Shown: piece by piece, positions 24,277 through 36,101 of the stretch
Numbering within the stretch: position 1 is the first letter of the stretch
Layout of the letters: every line of letters begins with the position of its first letter
Assembly (NCBI GenBank): GCA_965645245.1
Contig: OZ287079.1
Span: 434,001-498,000 of the forward strand
Direction of reading: 5' to 3'
DNA length: 64,000 nt
DNA from: Massalongia carnosa
Taxonomy: Eukaryota
Program-made: the position numbers and the translations under genes
The notes under the pieces: model-generated
What the model was told of the DNA's origin: nothing
The model's input: the letters and a program-made list of their open reading frames with translations, nothing else
Databases searched by the model: none

Positions 24277-26048
24277 TCTAAATCAAAGAAGCTTGAAGGC
24301 ATTTAATGTTGAAAGGTGCAGGTCTTCATTGAAAAGTTCAAATTTTCGTTATGGCAGTTTGATACTTACAGTCCGCCGTATGTGGCTTGACAGTGTCGGT
24401 GGAAGGATCCTGCAACCTTCTTTGCGATGTCAAGAATAAACACAGGATTGCACTTTGCAAACTATACGTCTGAGTGCTCTGTTTTACGCGTTCATTCACT
24501 CAGATCCATCGGTCGACGTGAGGATAGAGATGGTGCGTCAGTACTCGAGCTCGTTCCGGCCGACTTGGGCAGCTAACTCGACTTCCACACTCCCAAGCCA
24601 GAACTCCCATCCGCTCAAAAGCGAAGCCTCCAATATTAAAATCTCAGAAAGGGAAGAAATCTTGACGCCAAGGATATCCCTGGCTCCTAGTGCAAAAGAC
24701 GATCTTCTCCCTTCAGGCTCTGGAGCATCGTCATTGAGGTCAAAGCCAAGCATACTTCGTAGCTACTCCAAGTTCTATCCATCTTCATGGACGCTTCCTC
24801 GCAAACCCTCTCCGCCACCAACCAAGGTTATCGATTTTGGGAATCAAGGTGGGTTACACATTTATCCAACGTTTGGGCAATGCGAAAAGGTCTGATTTAG
24901 CTTGTAGCAGGATCCTCCGGAGGATATACAAATATACAGCAGCCTTTACCGCCTCGGGATTTAAGAAGACACAATTTCTCGGCTGCATCAGGAGAGGGCG
25001 ATGTAGCACCTCGACCACCAGAAGGCTTCTACGCTGCAACATACTCTACGCCCATGAACGCCATGGCCTTTGAACGACATCATGAAGCCCCGTACCCCAA
25101 CGTCCCGAACCTTCCAGTGTCGGGAACGGTGCCATGGGAGCCATGGCATACAGACTTGGCTGTGATGAACGCACCTCACATTGGTTACGGTGAACCTCCA
25201 GAGTCAAACGTCACACCATGCTCCACTGCCTCAACGTCGAGTGCTACCAACGACGTTCCAGCAAGGGCACCACACGTTTCTTCGGGTTACTCAGCAACTT
25301 CCATTAATTGATGCTGAAGCAGCGTTTCTACTCGAAGTGTCTCCATCCACTCGCTCTCATTCCTACCGGATCTGCTCTCAACATAACGAAAAAGGGTGCG
25401 CAAACCCCCTCTACCCCAAAGTCGTCTCGCGGCAGTCACTTATCGACTGAGAGGGCCAACGGCTAAGGTTGTGCATCTTGGGTTTTTATTTCCATCACTG
25501 GCTAGGGTTCGCTCTTTTTATTTGATTATAAGGAATTCCAGGATGTGCTTTGATCTTGAGCCGATAGATATCAGCTAAATAGTATCTTCCTTGCGAGCAT
25601 TTGCTATAGGCTTGAAACTCGAAAACACATGGGAAAATCAAGAAGCTCATAGGATAGAGCAGATTTTAAGCCCGACGAAGATGTGATATATCATGAGCAT
25701 AGACAATAGAAGCATTATTAAAGTCTATGTGAGATCAATCACGACGTGATGGGGTTTAAAGACGAGTGTGTGCTATTTGCGCAAGTCAGCCAGCCATGTG
25801 TTGAATTCAGGTTCATGGTTGTTTTCTTGTAGGATACTTTGAGTTTCTACGTCGTGCAGATTAACTATGCATCGTCTAAAGAGGCGCATATTATACAGGT
25901 CTATAAAAAACCAAGAGGGAGTGAAATTGATAGGAAATAGAGTATGTCGTGAAAAATGGCCAGCAGCAACGAGATGACTTCACGAGGACGAAAAGCAGAG
26001 CGGTTTCGACATGATGATATTACGATCGCCAAGCAAAGGTAAAGCCGC

Positions 26049-27484
26049 CACCGGTAGGTGTATTAAGTCATTGCGGTCGGGTAAACTAGGTTCCACCCCC
26101 TAAATTCTACATTTTTGATGCATTCATCAATGCATCTACCAAAGCGATCATTTAATCATCTTACCCTCATTTTATATAAGTAATCTGCATCGCTTAGGCA
26201 TCTCAGCTATTCGTCTACGAATTTCATCCATAGATATCTCGTCCCATGCCTCCAAAATAGCTCGTCTGAAATCATCTTTTTCATCCCATTTCTTCTTTCG
26301 AAGACGTTGCTTCAGCACATTCCAAACTGCCTCAATTGGATTCAAATCAGGGGATTGTGCTGGATGTATAAGCACCGTAATCCAGTTACTATCCTTGAAA
26401 CGTCTGGCCATGTTGTCTTCAGATCGTGTGCCATGACTAGAATCATTGTCTTCTTGTAGAAGAGGATTGAGATCCTTCATACGAGCCTCATTGTACGACT
26501 GCAAATAAACAGGAAGCACTCGTTCTGTATAGTATTTCTGTGTCATGACATTCCCCTTCGGTTCACCTCGATATCATGAGGAAGAGAAGCCTCCCATTCC
26601 TTTATACGTTGATCAAACTGATCATCTGTCTCATATCTAGATTTTGCGGGGGCGTCTTGGCTTTAAGACTCGAACTTCAGCGGATCGTTCTCAACATTGT
26701 AGAACTGCAACGGCCCTTTATGAAACCAGGAAACTGATGCCGCAATGGTGAAATTTGACTCCTTTCAACTCCTTCATTTCCTGAATGTTGTCGGGGGACA
26801 GACGTGTCCCTTCTTCTCGTAGAATCCACTGTCTTGGCTCCGCAGATGGATCTATATGTGCCTCATCAGTCCAATGTACGTACTGCCAAAAATCTTCTAC
26901 AGTTTTATCTTTATGTTCCCTTCCATACGCGAGGCGTGCCTCCTGATTTTCGGGGCTAATGGCTTTGACCTTTGCCATTTTAAATCTTCTGGCACGTTTG
27001 CGGTTTCGTAAATTTCTGATCAATGCTCGTGGCTTAATGTCGAGCACAAAATGATCAATCTGACATTCATACGGTTGGTTGCGAACCGAATTGTCCTTGC
27101 TGAGCAAGTTATTCAGCTGATCATCAGACAGCTTGTTGGATCGTCCGACGCGTTGTTTTCCTGTTCGACGAGACGCAATAGGGGTGCCTAACAAACGTCG
27201 TTGACGAAGCCAATATTCGCTGGTACGATGAGCTATATTCTCCTCTTTACATACTTCTTTTATGGTCTTTTTCTCTCGGGTGTGTCAGTGGCATGAAAAA
27301 GGCGTGTTTTGGTAATAGTATTCGCCTCAGTACGAGGACTTTTTGGTCTAGGAGATGGGATTCTAGGAGGCATGTTTATTTGAAATGTTGATTAAAAAGG
27401 GGCTTGGTACTCGAAATTTTGAGGTGTTGCGGATCGGACCTAACTAGTTTACCAGACCGCAATGACATAATACACCCCCTGGTG
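26049..27484 (-). mobile_element. Tc1/mariner-superfamily DNA transposon (second family)
   Basis: ~41-bp TIRs CACCGGTAGGTGTATTAAGTCATTGCGGTCGGGTAAACTAG and inverse ending at 27484, followed by TA. The left flank lacks TA. Confidence 0.85.
26137..27373 (-). pseudogene. Tc1-like transposase, frameshifted
   Basis: FWQYVHWTDEAH, MTQKYY, LQEDNDSSHG, SPDLNPIEAVW, EMPKRC across several frames. Confidence 0.85.
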
Positions 27485-27743
27485 TACGGAGTACAATCGG
27501 GTACCAAAAGTTATCGTCCGATTCACTTAATTTCCCCTCATCAAAAAATTACCCCTCCATACAGGTTGCAAAATAGTCGGCAGACAAAAATTTGAATCAG
27601 TTTGTAACTGAGATAAATATGGAATATATTTTTTGTATGTACTCAAGCTTTTCAGCATGATACATTCATGTATCTTCTATTTAATCTACAAAGTGTTAGA
27701 TTTTTTGAGAGTTTTGTCGTTGTGAAATAACTTTAGGAGAGGG

Positions 27744-28017
27744 TGTTGAAATAGGTGTATGACTATGGCTATATGGCTATGTAATAATAAAGGTATATAT
27801 GACCGTGATGTTAAGGATGAAGAGTTGCTAGGCAGCAATCTTTTCCTATTACTGGTCACCCCCTTCTAAGCGAGGTGATCTTATCTTATCTTGGGACTAA
27901 GCCTAATGCGGCATCTACGGTTTCCGTAGATGATCTGTCCATCTAGGACAGCCGTAGGTGCTATGTTCATCGTACTGATAGGTGTTCATTGTGCTGGTAG
28001 GAATTGGATATTCAACA
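27744..28017 (-). repeat. 3' LTR of the copia element
   Basis: Direct repeat of 33417-33690 with about 3 substitutions by eye. Confidence 0.95.
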
Positions 28018-28026
28018 CCCCCCCTC
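28018..28026 (-). promoter_or_regulatory. Polypurine tract
   Basis: Plus-strand C-run followed by TC directly inside the 3' LTR, i.e. a purine (GA+G-run) tract on the element strand. Confidence 0.8.
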
Positions 28027-28085
28027 AAGTCCTACCAGTACTTGTTTCCATCGTGGATTCAACCGTGGTTGAGCTTCTTTAACTC

Positions 28086-31000
28086 TCATGTCTGTTTGTC
28101 CATGTTGAGCTGTCTGATAAAGGAGAAGAACTTGACGTGCATGAGGGTTTTTGTCAGTCCATCTGCAATCATGTCTTCGGTCGGAACATAGGTGAGGTCG
28201 ATTCTTCCTTCTAGCACCTCGTTTCGTATGAAGTAGTGCTGAATGTCGATATGCTTGGTCCTGGAGTGTAATACGGGGTTATTGGCCAGTGCTATGGCGC
28301 TTTGATTGTCGCCTTTCAATGCAATTGTGCCTTCTCCTCTTAACACGTTTATTGTCGGGGATCCGTCATCAGAAGTCATCAATCCGAGTTCGGTCATCAG
28401 TAAACGTAGCCATGTTGCCTCCTTTGCTGCTAAGGTGAGTGCCATATACTCTGCTTCGGTTGATGACAATGTGACGGTTATTTGTCTTTTGGAACACCAG
28501 CTTATTGGTCCATTGTTCAGCATGAACACATAACCCCAGTTGGATTTTCGCTGCTATTTGTCGAAGGTGATGTCTCTATTCTTGGTACCGCTAAGGTATC
28601 TGAGAATGTGTTTGGCCGCTTCCATATGTGTTTTGCCTGGATTCTTTGCATTTCGACTGATTACGGACGTTGCGAAAGCTATGTCTGGCCTGGTTTCTAT
28701 CATTGCGAACGTGATGGATCCGACCATGCTTTGATATTGCTTTATGTCCTTGTCGGAGTCCTGAAATTCATTGATGAAGAGACAGCCTTCTCGCATGGGA
28801 GTGCTTTATGGTTTTGTTGACTCGATCTCGTTCGACTTTAAGGCCTAGATAGTAGCTGATTGGTCCCATGTCTACCATCTTGAAAGCTAGCTTGAGCTGT
28901 TTCTTGACTTCTGTGATCATCGGGGAACCCTTTGGGCTTATGATGTTCAAATCGTCAACGAAAGAGGTAACAATGTGTCCTTTTATCCCTTGAGGTGTGA
29001 CGAAAATGTTATGATCTGCGTGGAGTTTCTCCAATCCTAATTTGCTCAATAGAAAAGCTGACAGTCGTTCATACCAGGGACGCGGAGACTGTTCAAACCG
29101 TACAGGGCTTTGTTCAACCTACACACCATGCCAGCTGTGTCATATCCTTTCGGCATGTGGACATAGATGAGTTGATAATGAGACCGTTCAGAAAAGCTGT
29201 CACTATATCCAGTCGCTCGATGTGCAGATAATGATGAGCAGCTAACGCGAGTAGCAAGCGAAAAGCTATTGTTTGGCCATAGATGCAAAGGTTTGATCGA
29301 AATCTACTCAGTATTGTTGGAGATATCCTTGAAAACCCATCTGGCTTTAAAGCGAACGATCTTTTCATTTACGTCCCGTTTCAGCTTGAATACTCATTTG
29401 CCACTTAAGACTATATGTTCGGGTTCCATGGACTCGGTAGGTAATGTATCCCAGGTTTTATTCTCCAGCAGACTTTTGATCTCATCCATTACCCAGACTG
29501 ACTCCATTCGTTTGCGTATTTGGAGTTCATTGCTCGATGATATGTTGAGTCGTACGTGGGTAGATCGGTCCTATCCTTGAATGTGACGTCTTCATGAATT
29601 CGTAAGTTCTTGACCCTGATGACCTTGTAGTCTTTTCCATAAAGACGCGATAGATGGTGCTTCTGTCATATCCACACAGGATTCCTTTCTGAGCCCTCGG
29701 AGAAAATTTAAACAGCCTTGCTGTTTATTCCTTTTCGCTCTTCTTCGTGAATTAATGCATAGACTGTAGATCCGAGAATTCTCAGGTGATCCAGCTTAGG
29801 TGACTTCTTCTCGAAGATCTCATACGGGGTTTTACCTGCTAAGGCGTTGGTTGGTCTGACGTTCTTGGTGTAACCATGGCTAGAACCACTTCTGCCCACA
29901 AGTAGTCTGGAATGTCTCCGGCAATGACACTGCATCTTGTCATGTCTATGATGGTTCTGCCCATTCGTTCCGCGACTCCGTTTTCATCTTGAGAGTATGG
30001 AGCAGCTGTTTCAAACGTTATGCCTTGTTCCAAGGACCAAACGTCTGACTTGTGACTGCGAAGCTCCGCGCCGAAGTCAGTGCGCAAACTGCTTATGAGT
30101 TTAGCCTCTCCGGATTTGTTTTGAGCCATGCTGTAGTATGTCAACAAGTGATCAAACCATTCACTCTTCTTGTGTCCGGTATAGACATGAGTGTATCTGC
30201 TAGCATCACAGGTGAAAGTGAAGAGGTAAAGTTCTTCAAGAAGTCCTGATGGCTTGATTAGTCCCACAAGGTCAGAGTTTATCTTTTGAAAGAGCTCTGT
30301 GGCCTTCTCTTGCCGTGTTCGGTTGTATATCTTTTTGGCTTTTCCCATTTCGCATGCATGGCAAAACCAACCGTGGTTGATATCGTCATCGTACGTTATG
30401 TCTAGCGTTTTCAGATATTTTCGACACGTTGCTATGTTGAGATGACCAAGCCTTCCATGCCATGTAGTGAGTTTTGATTTAACAGATAATGACGTCCAGT
30501 CCTTGGATAGGTATCCTCGTCCACTTTGCTCAAATGCATCCTCAAATCTGGAGTGTCAATGGTCGTTGAAATGTTGGTTGATGTATGAGATAAGTCCGCC
30601 TTCGTTTCTAACGAGGTAGTCTTTTGTTCCTTTGCTCTTCCGGATTCGAGCGAACTTCTATGTCTTTTTAACTGTGGAAACTTCTGCAAACAGGTATCTA
30701 GCCAATGACGAGTGTTCTTTCTCTTGACACATTAAGAGAAGGTGCAGTTCCCTGATGGGGCTCGACCTCTTGAGTCAGGTGTGCTGATATGAAGTGCCTT
30801 GGTGATTTTCATGTTGACATAATAAGCAATAATGGTCTTCATTGCTTCCGACAGGTTTGTGGTTTCGTATGTTCAATCTCGTCGAAGTTGGGCTATCAAT
30901 GGGGAATAGACGTCTGGTGTTACCCAGCATCATTCCCTTAAGCATAAACTCCACGGTATGCACATCCACTTTGGCCTTGTCGTCCAGCATTCCTTTAATC

Positions 31001-31467
31001 TTGTTTAAAGCGCTCTCGTAATATGCACAGTATAGACTGGTCGTCTCGAAGTCGGTCATCTTCTTGGAACTAACCTTCAGAATGATGTCGCTGATGCTCA
31101 TTGGTGCTATATCTTGGAATCTATCCTTCAGGATTTTCCACATTTCTGCCACATTCTTGTTGTCGATGAGGCTGTAATGGCACTCCGCAACTAATCCGTG
31201 AATGATTCCTATAGCCTTGGTCATCTCGGCCTTCTGTCTATCCTTCTAGTCACGCAGTTCTTTTACCAAGATGCTGACTGAAAGACCTTTGGCGTCGAAG
31301 CCTGCTTGTATTAAACCTTCCTTGATGGTTTCAGCGGTGATTTCTGATTGATTCTCCAGAATGGCTCCTTCGCAGTTGTTCTTGAGCAGAATGCCCTTCG
31401 TATAGCTTGCCCATGCCGAATATCTTTCGGCTTTCTCCAAAAGATGTGACGTATCTATGATAGACAT
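28086..31467 (-). pseudogene. Copia gag-pol, frameshifted and partly deleted
   Basis: gag (AEMWKILKDRF), WHGRLGH, integrase (LRTDFGAE, ENGVAERMGRTI), RT (RLNKALYGL, TSFVDDL, YQSMVGSI), RNaseH ([23 protein letters not shown]). No protease motif found. Confidence 0.9.
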
Positions 31468-31961
31468 AATGGGAGAATGGGGAGCAATTGAACAAGGCGA
31501 GAAACTTAGTAGTGACTGAAAGAATGTGGATCTGTGACCTTTCTTATAGACAAGGAAAAAACAGTCCCTCCTTAGCCAGTGTCCACTCTGATGTCTCAAC
31601 AGAGAAACCTGTTTGCTTAACATGCTTGTTTGCCATGATGAGAATTTCAACTCCGGCTTTTTCAAGGGTCCAATTGCCCAAAAGCAAATTGAGCGCAGGG
31701 TTATTCCAATTTGATTTAACCGGCCTTAGGCCGGTTAAATAATAAGAGGCAACTGCCGCACAATCTCATCTAGTGCCTTAAGGAGGCATAATTGCCAAAA
31801 AGAAATGTCTTTGTGCCTTCGATCAATGAGTTTACTAAGCTCTTTGATGTCCGAGGGATTTTGTATTTTTTGCGTGTCCAGAACTCAACCACGGGTGAAC
31901 TGACGCTTTGATGATTTTTGAACCAATGGGGCGCTCAGGGCCAGCAATATACTTTTTTTGT

Positions 31962-33163
31962 CTTCGACCATCGAGCTTAGCGAGCTCTTTTGGTGTCCGA
32001 GGACTTGGGTGCCTTCGACCATCGAGCGTAGCAAGCTCTTCTGGTGTCCGAGGACTTGGGTGCCTTCGACCATCGAGCGTAGCAAGCTCTTCTGGTGTCC
32101 GAGGACTTGGGTGCCTTCGACCATCGAGCGTAGCAAGCTCTTCTGGTGTCCGAGGACTTGGGTGCCTTCGACCAGCGAGCGTAGCAAGCTCTTCTGGTGT
32201 CCGAGGACTTGAGTGCCTTCGACCATCGAGCGTAGCAAGCTCTTCTGGTGTCCGAGGACTTGGGTGCCTTCGACCATCGAGCTTAGCAAGCTCTTCTGGT
32301 GTCCGAGGACTTAAGTGCCTTCGACCAGCGAGCTTAGCAAGCTCTTCTGGTGTCCGAGGACTTGGGTGCCTTCGACCATCGAGCTTAGCAAGCTCTTTGG
32401 TGTCCGAGGACTTGGGTGCCTTCGACCATCGAGCTTAGCAAGCTCTTTGGTGTCCGAGGACTTGGGTGCCTTCGACCATCGGGCTTAGCAAGCTCTTTGG
32501 TGTCCGAGGGCCTGAGTGCCTTCGACCATCGGGCTTAGCAAGCTCTTTGGTGTCCGAGGACTTGAGTGCCTTCGACCATCGAGCTTAGCAAGCTCTTTGG
32601 TGTCCGAGGACTTGAGTGCCTTCGACCATCGAGCTTAGCAAGCTCTTTGGTGTCCGAGGACTTGAGTGCCTTCGACCATCGAGCTTAGCAAGCTCTTTGG
32701 TGTCCGAGGACTTGATTGCCTTCGACCATCGAGCTTAGCAAGCTCTTTGGTGTCCGAGGACTTGAGTGCCTTCGACCATCGAGCTTAGCAAGCTCTTTGG
32801 TGTCCGAGGACTTGATTGCCTTCGACCATCGAGCTTAGCAAGCTCTTTGGTGTCCGAGGACTTGATTGCCTTCGACCATCGAGCTTAGCAAGCTCTTTGG
32901 TGTCCGAGGACTTGATTGCCTTCGACCATCGAGCTTAGCAAGCTCTTTGGTGTCCGAGGACTTGAGTGCCTTCGACCATCGAGCTTAGCAAGCTCTTTGG
33001 TGTCCGAGGACTTGATTGCCTTCGACCATCGAGCTTAGCAAGCTCTTTGGTGTCCGAGGACTTGATTGCCTTCGACCATCGAGCTTAGCAAGCTCTTTGG
33101 TGTCCGAGGACTTGAGTGCCTTCGACCATCGAGCTTAGCAAGCTCTTTGGTGTCCGAGGGCTT
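31962..33163. repeat. Tandem array of 24 units (8 x 51 bp + 16 x 50 bp, last one partial) in the copia 5' leader
   Basis: Unit CTTCGACCATCGAGCTTAGCAAGCTCTT(C)TGGTGTCCGAGGACTTGRKTGC; starts at 31962+51n up to 32370, then every 50 bp to 33120. No unique spacers. Confidence 0.95.
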
Positions 33164-33404
33164 CGGTGTAGTACGATCAATGTGTTCATGCTCTTTCTAA
33201 CACGCAGTTTTTGTGCTTCTGACAAGAAATCGCTGTGTACAGAAGAGAGAACTGATTGGTGTGATTTAAGGGATCGTTTCTAAAGACACAGAAAGATTTT
33301 AGTCATGTGTCTACGATTCATTGAATAGGAACGATGCTTAGCTGATTGCACTGCGAAGCTGCGGATTAAAAGTTTCGATTCGTTTAAATCGATAGCACCC
33401 TTCC

Positions 33405-33416
33405 GGGCTCATAACC
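33405..33416 (-). promoter_or_regulatory. Primer-binding site of the half-tRNAiMet type
   Basis: Element-strand GGTTATGAGCCC directly after the 5' LTR, the internal initiator-Met tRNA type of PBS used by Ty5 and copia. Confidence 0.8.
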
Positions 33417-33690
33417 TGTTGAAATAGGTATATGACTATGGCTATATGGCTATGTAATAATAAAGGTATGTATGACCGTGATGTTAAGGATGAAGAGTTG
33501 CTAGGCAGCAATCTTTTCCTATTACTGGTCACCCCCTTCTAAGCGAGGTGATCTTATCTTATCTTGGGACTAAGCCTAATGCGGCATCTACGGTTTCCGT
33601 AGATGATCTGTCAATCTAGGACAGCCGTAGGTGCTATGTTCATCGTACTGATAGGTGTTCATTGTGCTGGTAGGAATTGGATATTCAACA
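33417..33690 (-). repeat. 5' LTR of the copia element
   Basis: TGTTGAA...TTCAACA, near-identical to 27744-28017. Confidence 0.95.
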
Positions 33691-33764
33691 GAGGGCGTAT
33701 CTAAAGAGATATACTCGAGTTGTGAGAGTTTTGGTGTGCCAACTATCGACTCAAGAAAGCAACC

Positions 33765-35051
33765 ATGAGCACCGACAAAGCTACTTTCGTTTACGGAGGA
33801 GAAATCCCCAAATCCCCAAATCAGTACATTCGCGCCTACTTCTGCTCACGTTCTGCAATATTCAGTGAGCTAGTGAAAGTTCAAACGGAGGCAAGTCTCT
33901 CGAGTCCAACAACCCCTAATAAAGAAAAAGGAAACCCCTCAACCAACCCTAGCTTGCCCCCGATCTAAGAAAAAAGCATACTAACCATCGGAATATCTTA
34001 CTGCCAGGGCTGGAATATGACATCAGGGGACGAGTACTTCCAAAAGCAGCGAAAAATAGCAGATGGCGCTGACGTAAAAGCATCACGAGGGTTTTTCAAT
34101 CTTATGCAACGAATTGGAAATGAGATGCAAGAGACTATGGGTGTGATGAGCCTCGCCAACTCTGGACAGATTCTTGATCTGTGCATGGCGCCTGGTGGAT
34201 ACAGCGCCTCGGCACTAAAGTTCAACCCTCGGGCGTCTGTATCAGGAGCCACTTTACCGGAAAAGCTTGGAGGGCACAGACTGTTCGTGCGGGATGGATT
34301 TAGAGGTGCAAACGTACGAGTGTGGCAAGGAGATCTCACGTCACTTATAGGTGACATGGGCGTCGATAATGGCGATATCTCAGAGGAGCATCCCGATTTC
34401 GGAAAGTTCCAGAAAGACGAGGTTTGGGCTGGGGAACAATTCGACCTTGTGTTCTGTGACGGCCAGGTCCTTCGGAACCATTCCCGGGACATGGCGGAGC
34501 ATCGGCAGCGATGCGAGGCGACGCGGTTGACCTGCAGTCAGCTTTTGATTGCAACACGACACGTTCGAGTCGGAGGCTCGATGGTGATACTGCTGCACAA
34601 GATTGACTCGTGGAATACGGTGTTGACGCTGCGCGCTTTTGATCGATTTGCGAATATTGCAATCTTCAAGCCGTTGGCTGCGCACAAAGCCAGGGGCTCG
34701 TTCTACCTTGTTGCTAAAAACATCCAACCGCATCATAAAGATGCTCTTGTCGCGGTCCAAGACTGGACCAAAGCTTGGAAGGATGCCACTTTCCGCGCTT
34801 TGATAGATGAAGGACGAGAAGATGTATTCCCAGGTAACCGAAACAATAGCACGGCCTTGGGACAGCAGGTACAGAAAGTCATGGATGAGTTTGGTGAAAG
34901 ACTGATTGCACTGGGGGAAAACGCTTGGAAAATTCAAGAGGAGGCGATTAGAACATCTCATTGGTTCAAGGAGATGAAGGCTGACAAAAATTTGAGAGCA
35001 TCCACCGCGAATGGTCTTCCAGGCCTGCCAAGCAACTCGAGAGCTCCATAG
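33765..35051 (+). CDS. FtsJ/RrmJ-like SAM-dependent methyltransferase
   Basis: ILDLCMAPGGYS, FDLVFCDG, GGSMVILLHK, HKARGSFYLVA. Exon 1 (33765-33890) joins in frame to 34008 through a GC-AG intron with a TACTAAC branch site. Confidence 0.8.
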
Positions 35052-36101
35052 GAGCATTTGACCGCATTGGGGATATCAAAAGTGGGGCCGAAGATGTTGT
35101 TTACGTACCTTAGGTAGGGTTGGGTCTTTTTTGGTAGGGAATGTTCTGTTTGCTAGCGTCAGTGATCAGACGTGTGTGGCGCTCGTACTTCACCATGGCT
35201 AAGCTTTTACCCTTATTGGTCGGTTTGGCTGATGGTGAGACTGTATTCGGTGGTCGTCGTCCTTATCTAGATGGATGGGTTCTTGAGAATCGAAAGCACA
35301 AGAAGCTGATCAATGAAGACGGGGCTATGTCGGAGGATGAAGACAGCATAAACTTTCAGACTCGCTTTGAACGTACCGAGGCAGAGGAATCCATAGAGAA
35401 TCTACCCTTTGCTGACGAAGATCAAACACCTCGTATGCAGTTTACGAATTTCGTTCTCCCATCAGCGAGTGCTACAAGATATGTTAGTCAGGAAGTGGAA
35501 CGACAGAATTTGAATGACGATCAATCGTCGTTTGACGGGTTTGATCCTGATGATTCGAATCCTGATATTGATGCTGACAATAGTCGTTCGTCGTCGACTT
35601 CCTCTCTCAACCCTCAGGTCAACGAGGTCTCTCGTTCCGCATCGAACTCGGAAACTCTTCAAACTTTCGAAGGATCGTCCTCATCTCAGCAGGAAGGCAT
35701 CGATATCACTGTTCTTAAAGCTCGCGAGCGTCTGCAAACATCCCGAAAACAAATGGCAACCGGATATAATAAGCGCACCAAGGCTCAGATCTTTCAACCT
35801 GGTCAGATTGTCACCGTGAAGATACCAAAGATCGACAGATCAACAGCTACTGGATCTCGTCGTTGCTATGCGGAGATCCTTCGAGCTAAGAACAACCGAT
35901 ACGAGATGCGAACAGAATACGGGGTTTTGGATAGATGGTATGCGGCAAGGGATATTTGTGTTGTTCCTGAAGCTCTAGCCAGAAATAAATCTATTCCCGT
36001 TGTAGAAGGAAGAACTGGGTGGTGTGCGTGGTCCACTATAGCTGGGGGTGCAGAAGAACAGAACAAACAAAAGATAGAACAAACAATGATGAATAGAATA
36101 A

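Larger units (their letters stand above)
27744..33690 (-). mobile_element. Ty1/copia LTR retrotransposon, internally degenerate
   Basis: Two 274-bp TG...CA LTRs, 5-bp TSD GAGGG (27739-27743 / 33691-33695), PBS, PPT, and gag-integrase-RT-RNaseH order on the minus strand. Confidence 0.95.

Noticed and set aside
24455..25450. Ser/Pro-rich ORFs
   Set aside because: No recognisable motif or convincing exon structure.
31885..32438. Repetitive ORFs (MVEGTQVLGHQKSLLRS)n
   Set aside because: By-product of the 51-bp unit length; the frame is lost in the 50-bp units.
31962..33163. CRISPR-like appearance of the array
   Set aside because: Units are contiguous with no unique spacers, there are no cas genes, and the array sits inside a fungal retrotransposon.
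34345..35057. Long antisense ORFs over real genes (also 14931-15506, 20435-20914)
   Set aside because: Shadow ORFs of motif-bearing genes on the opposite strand.
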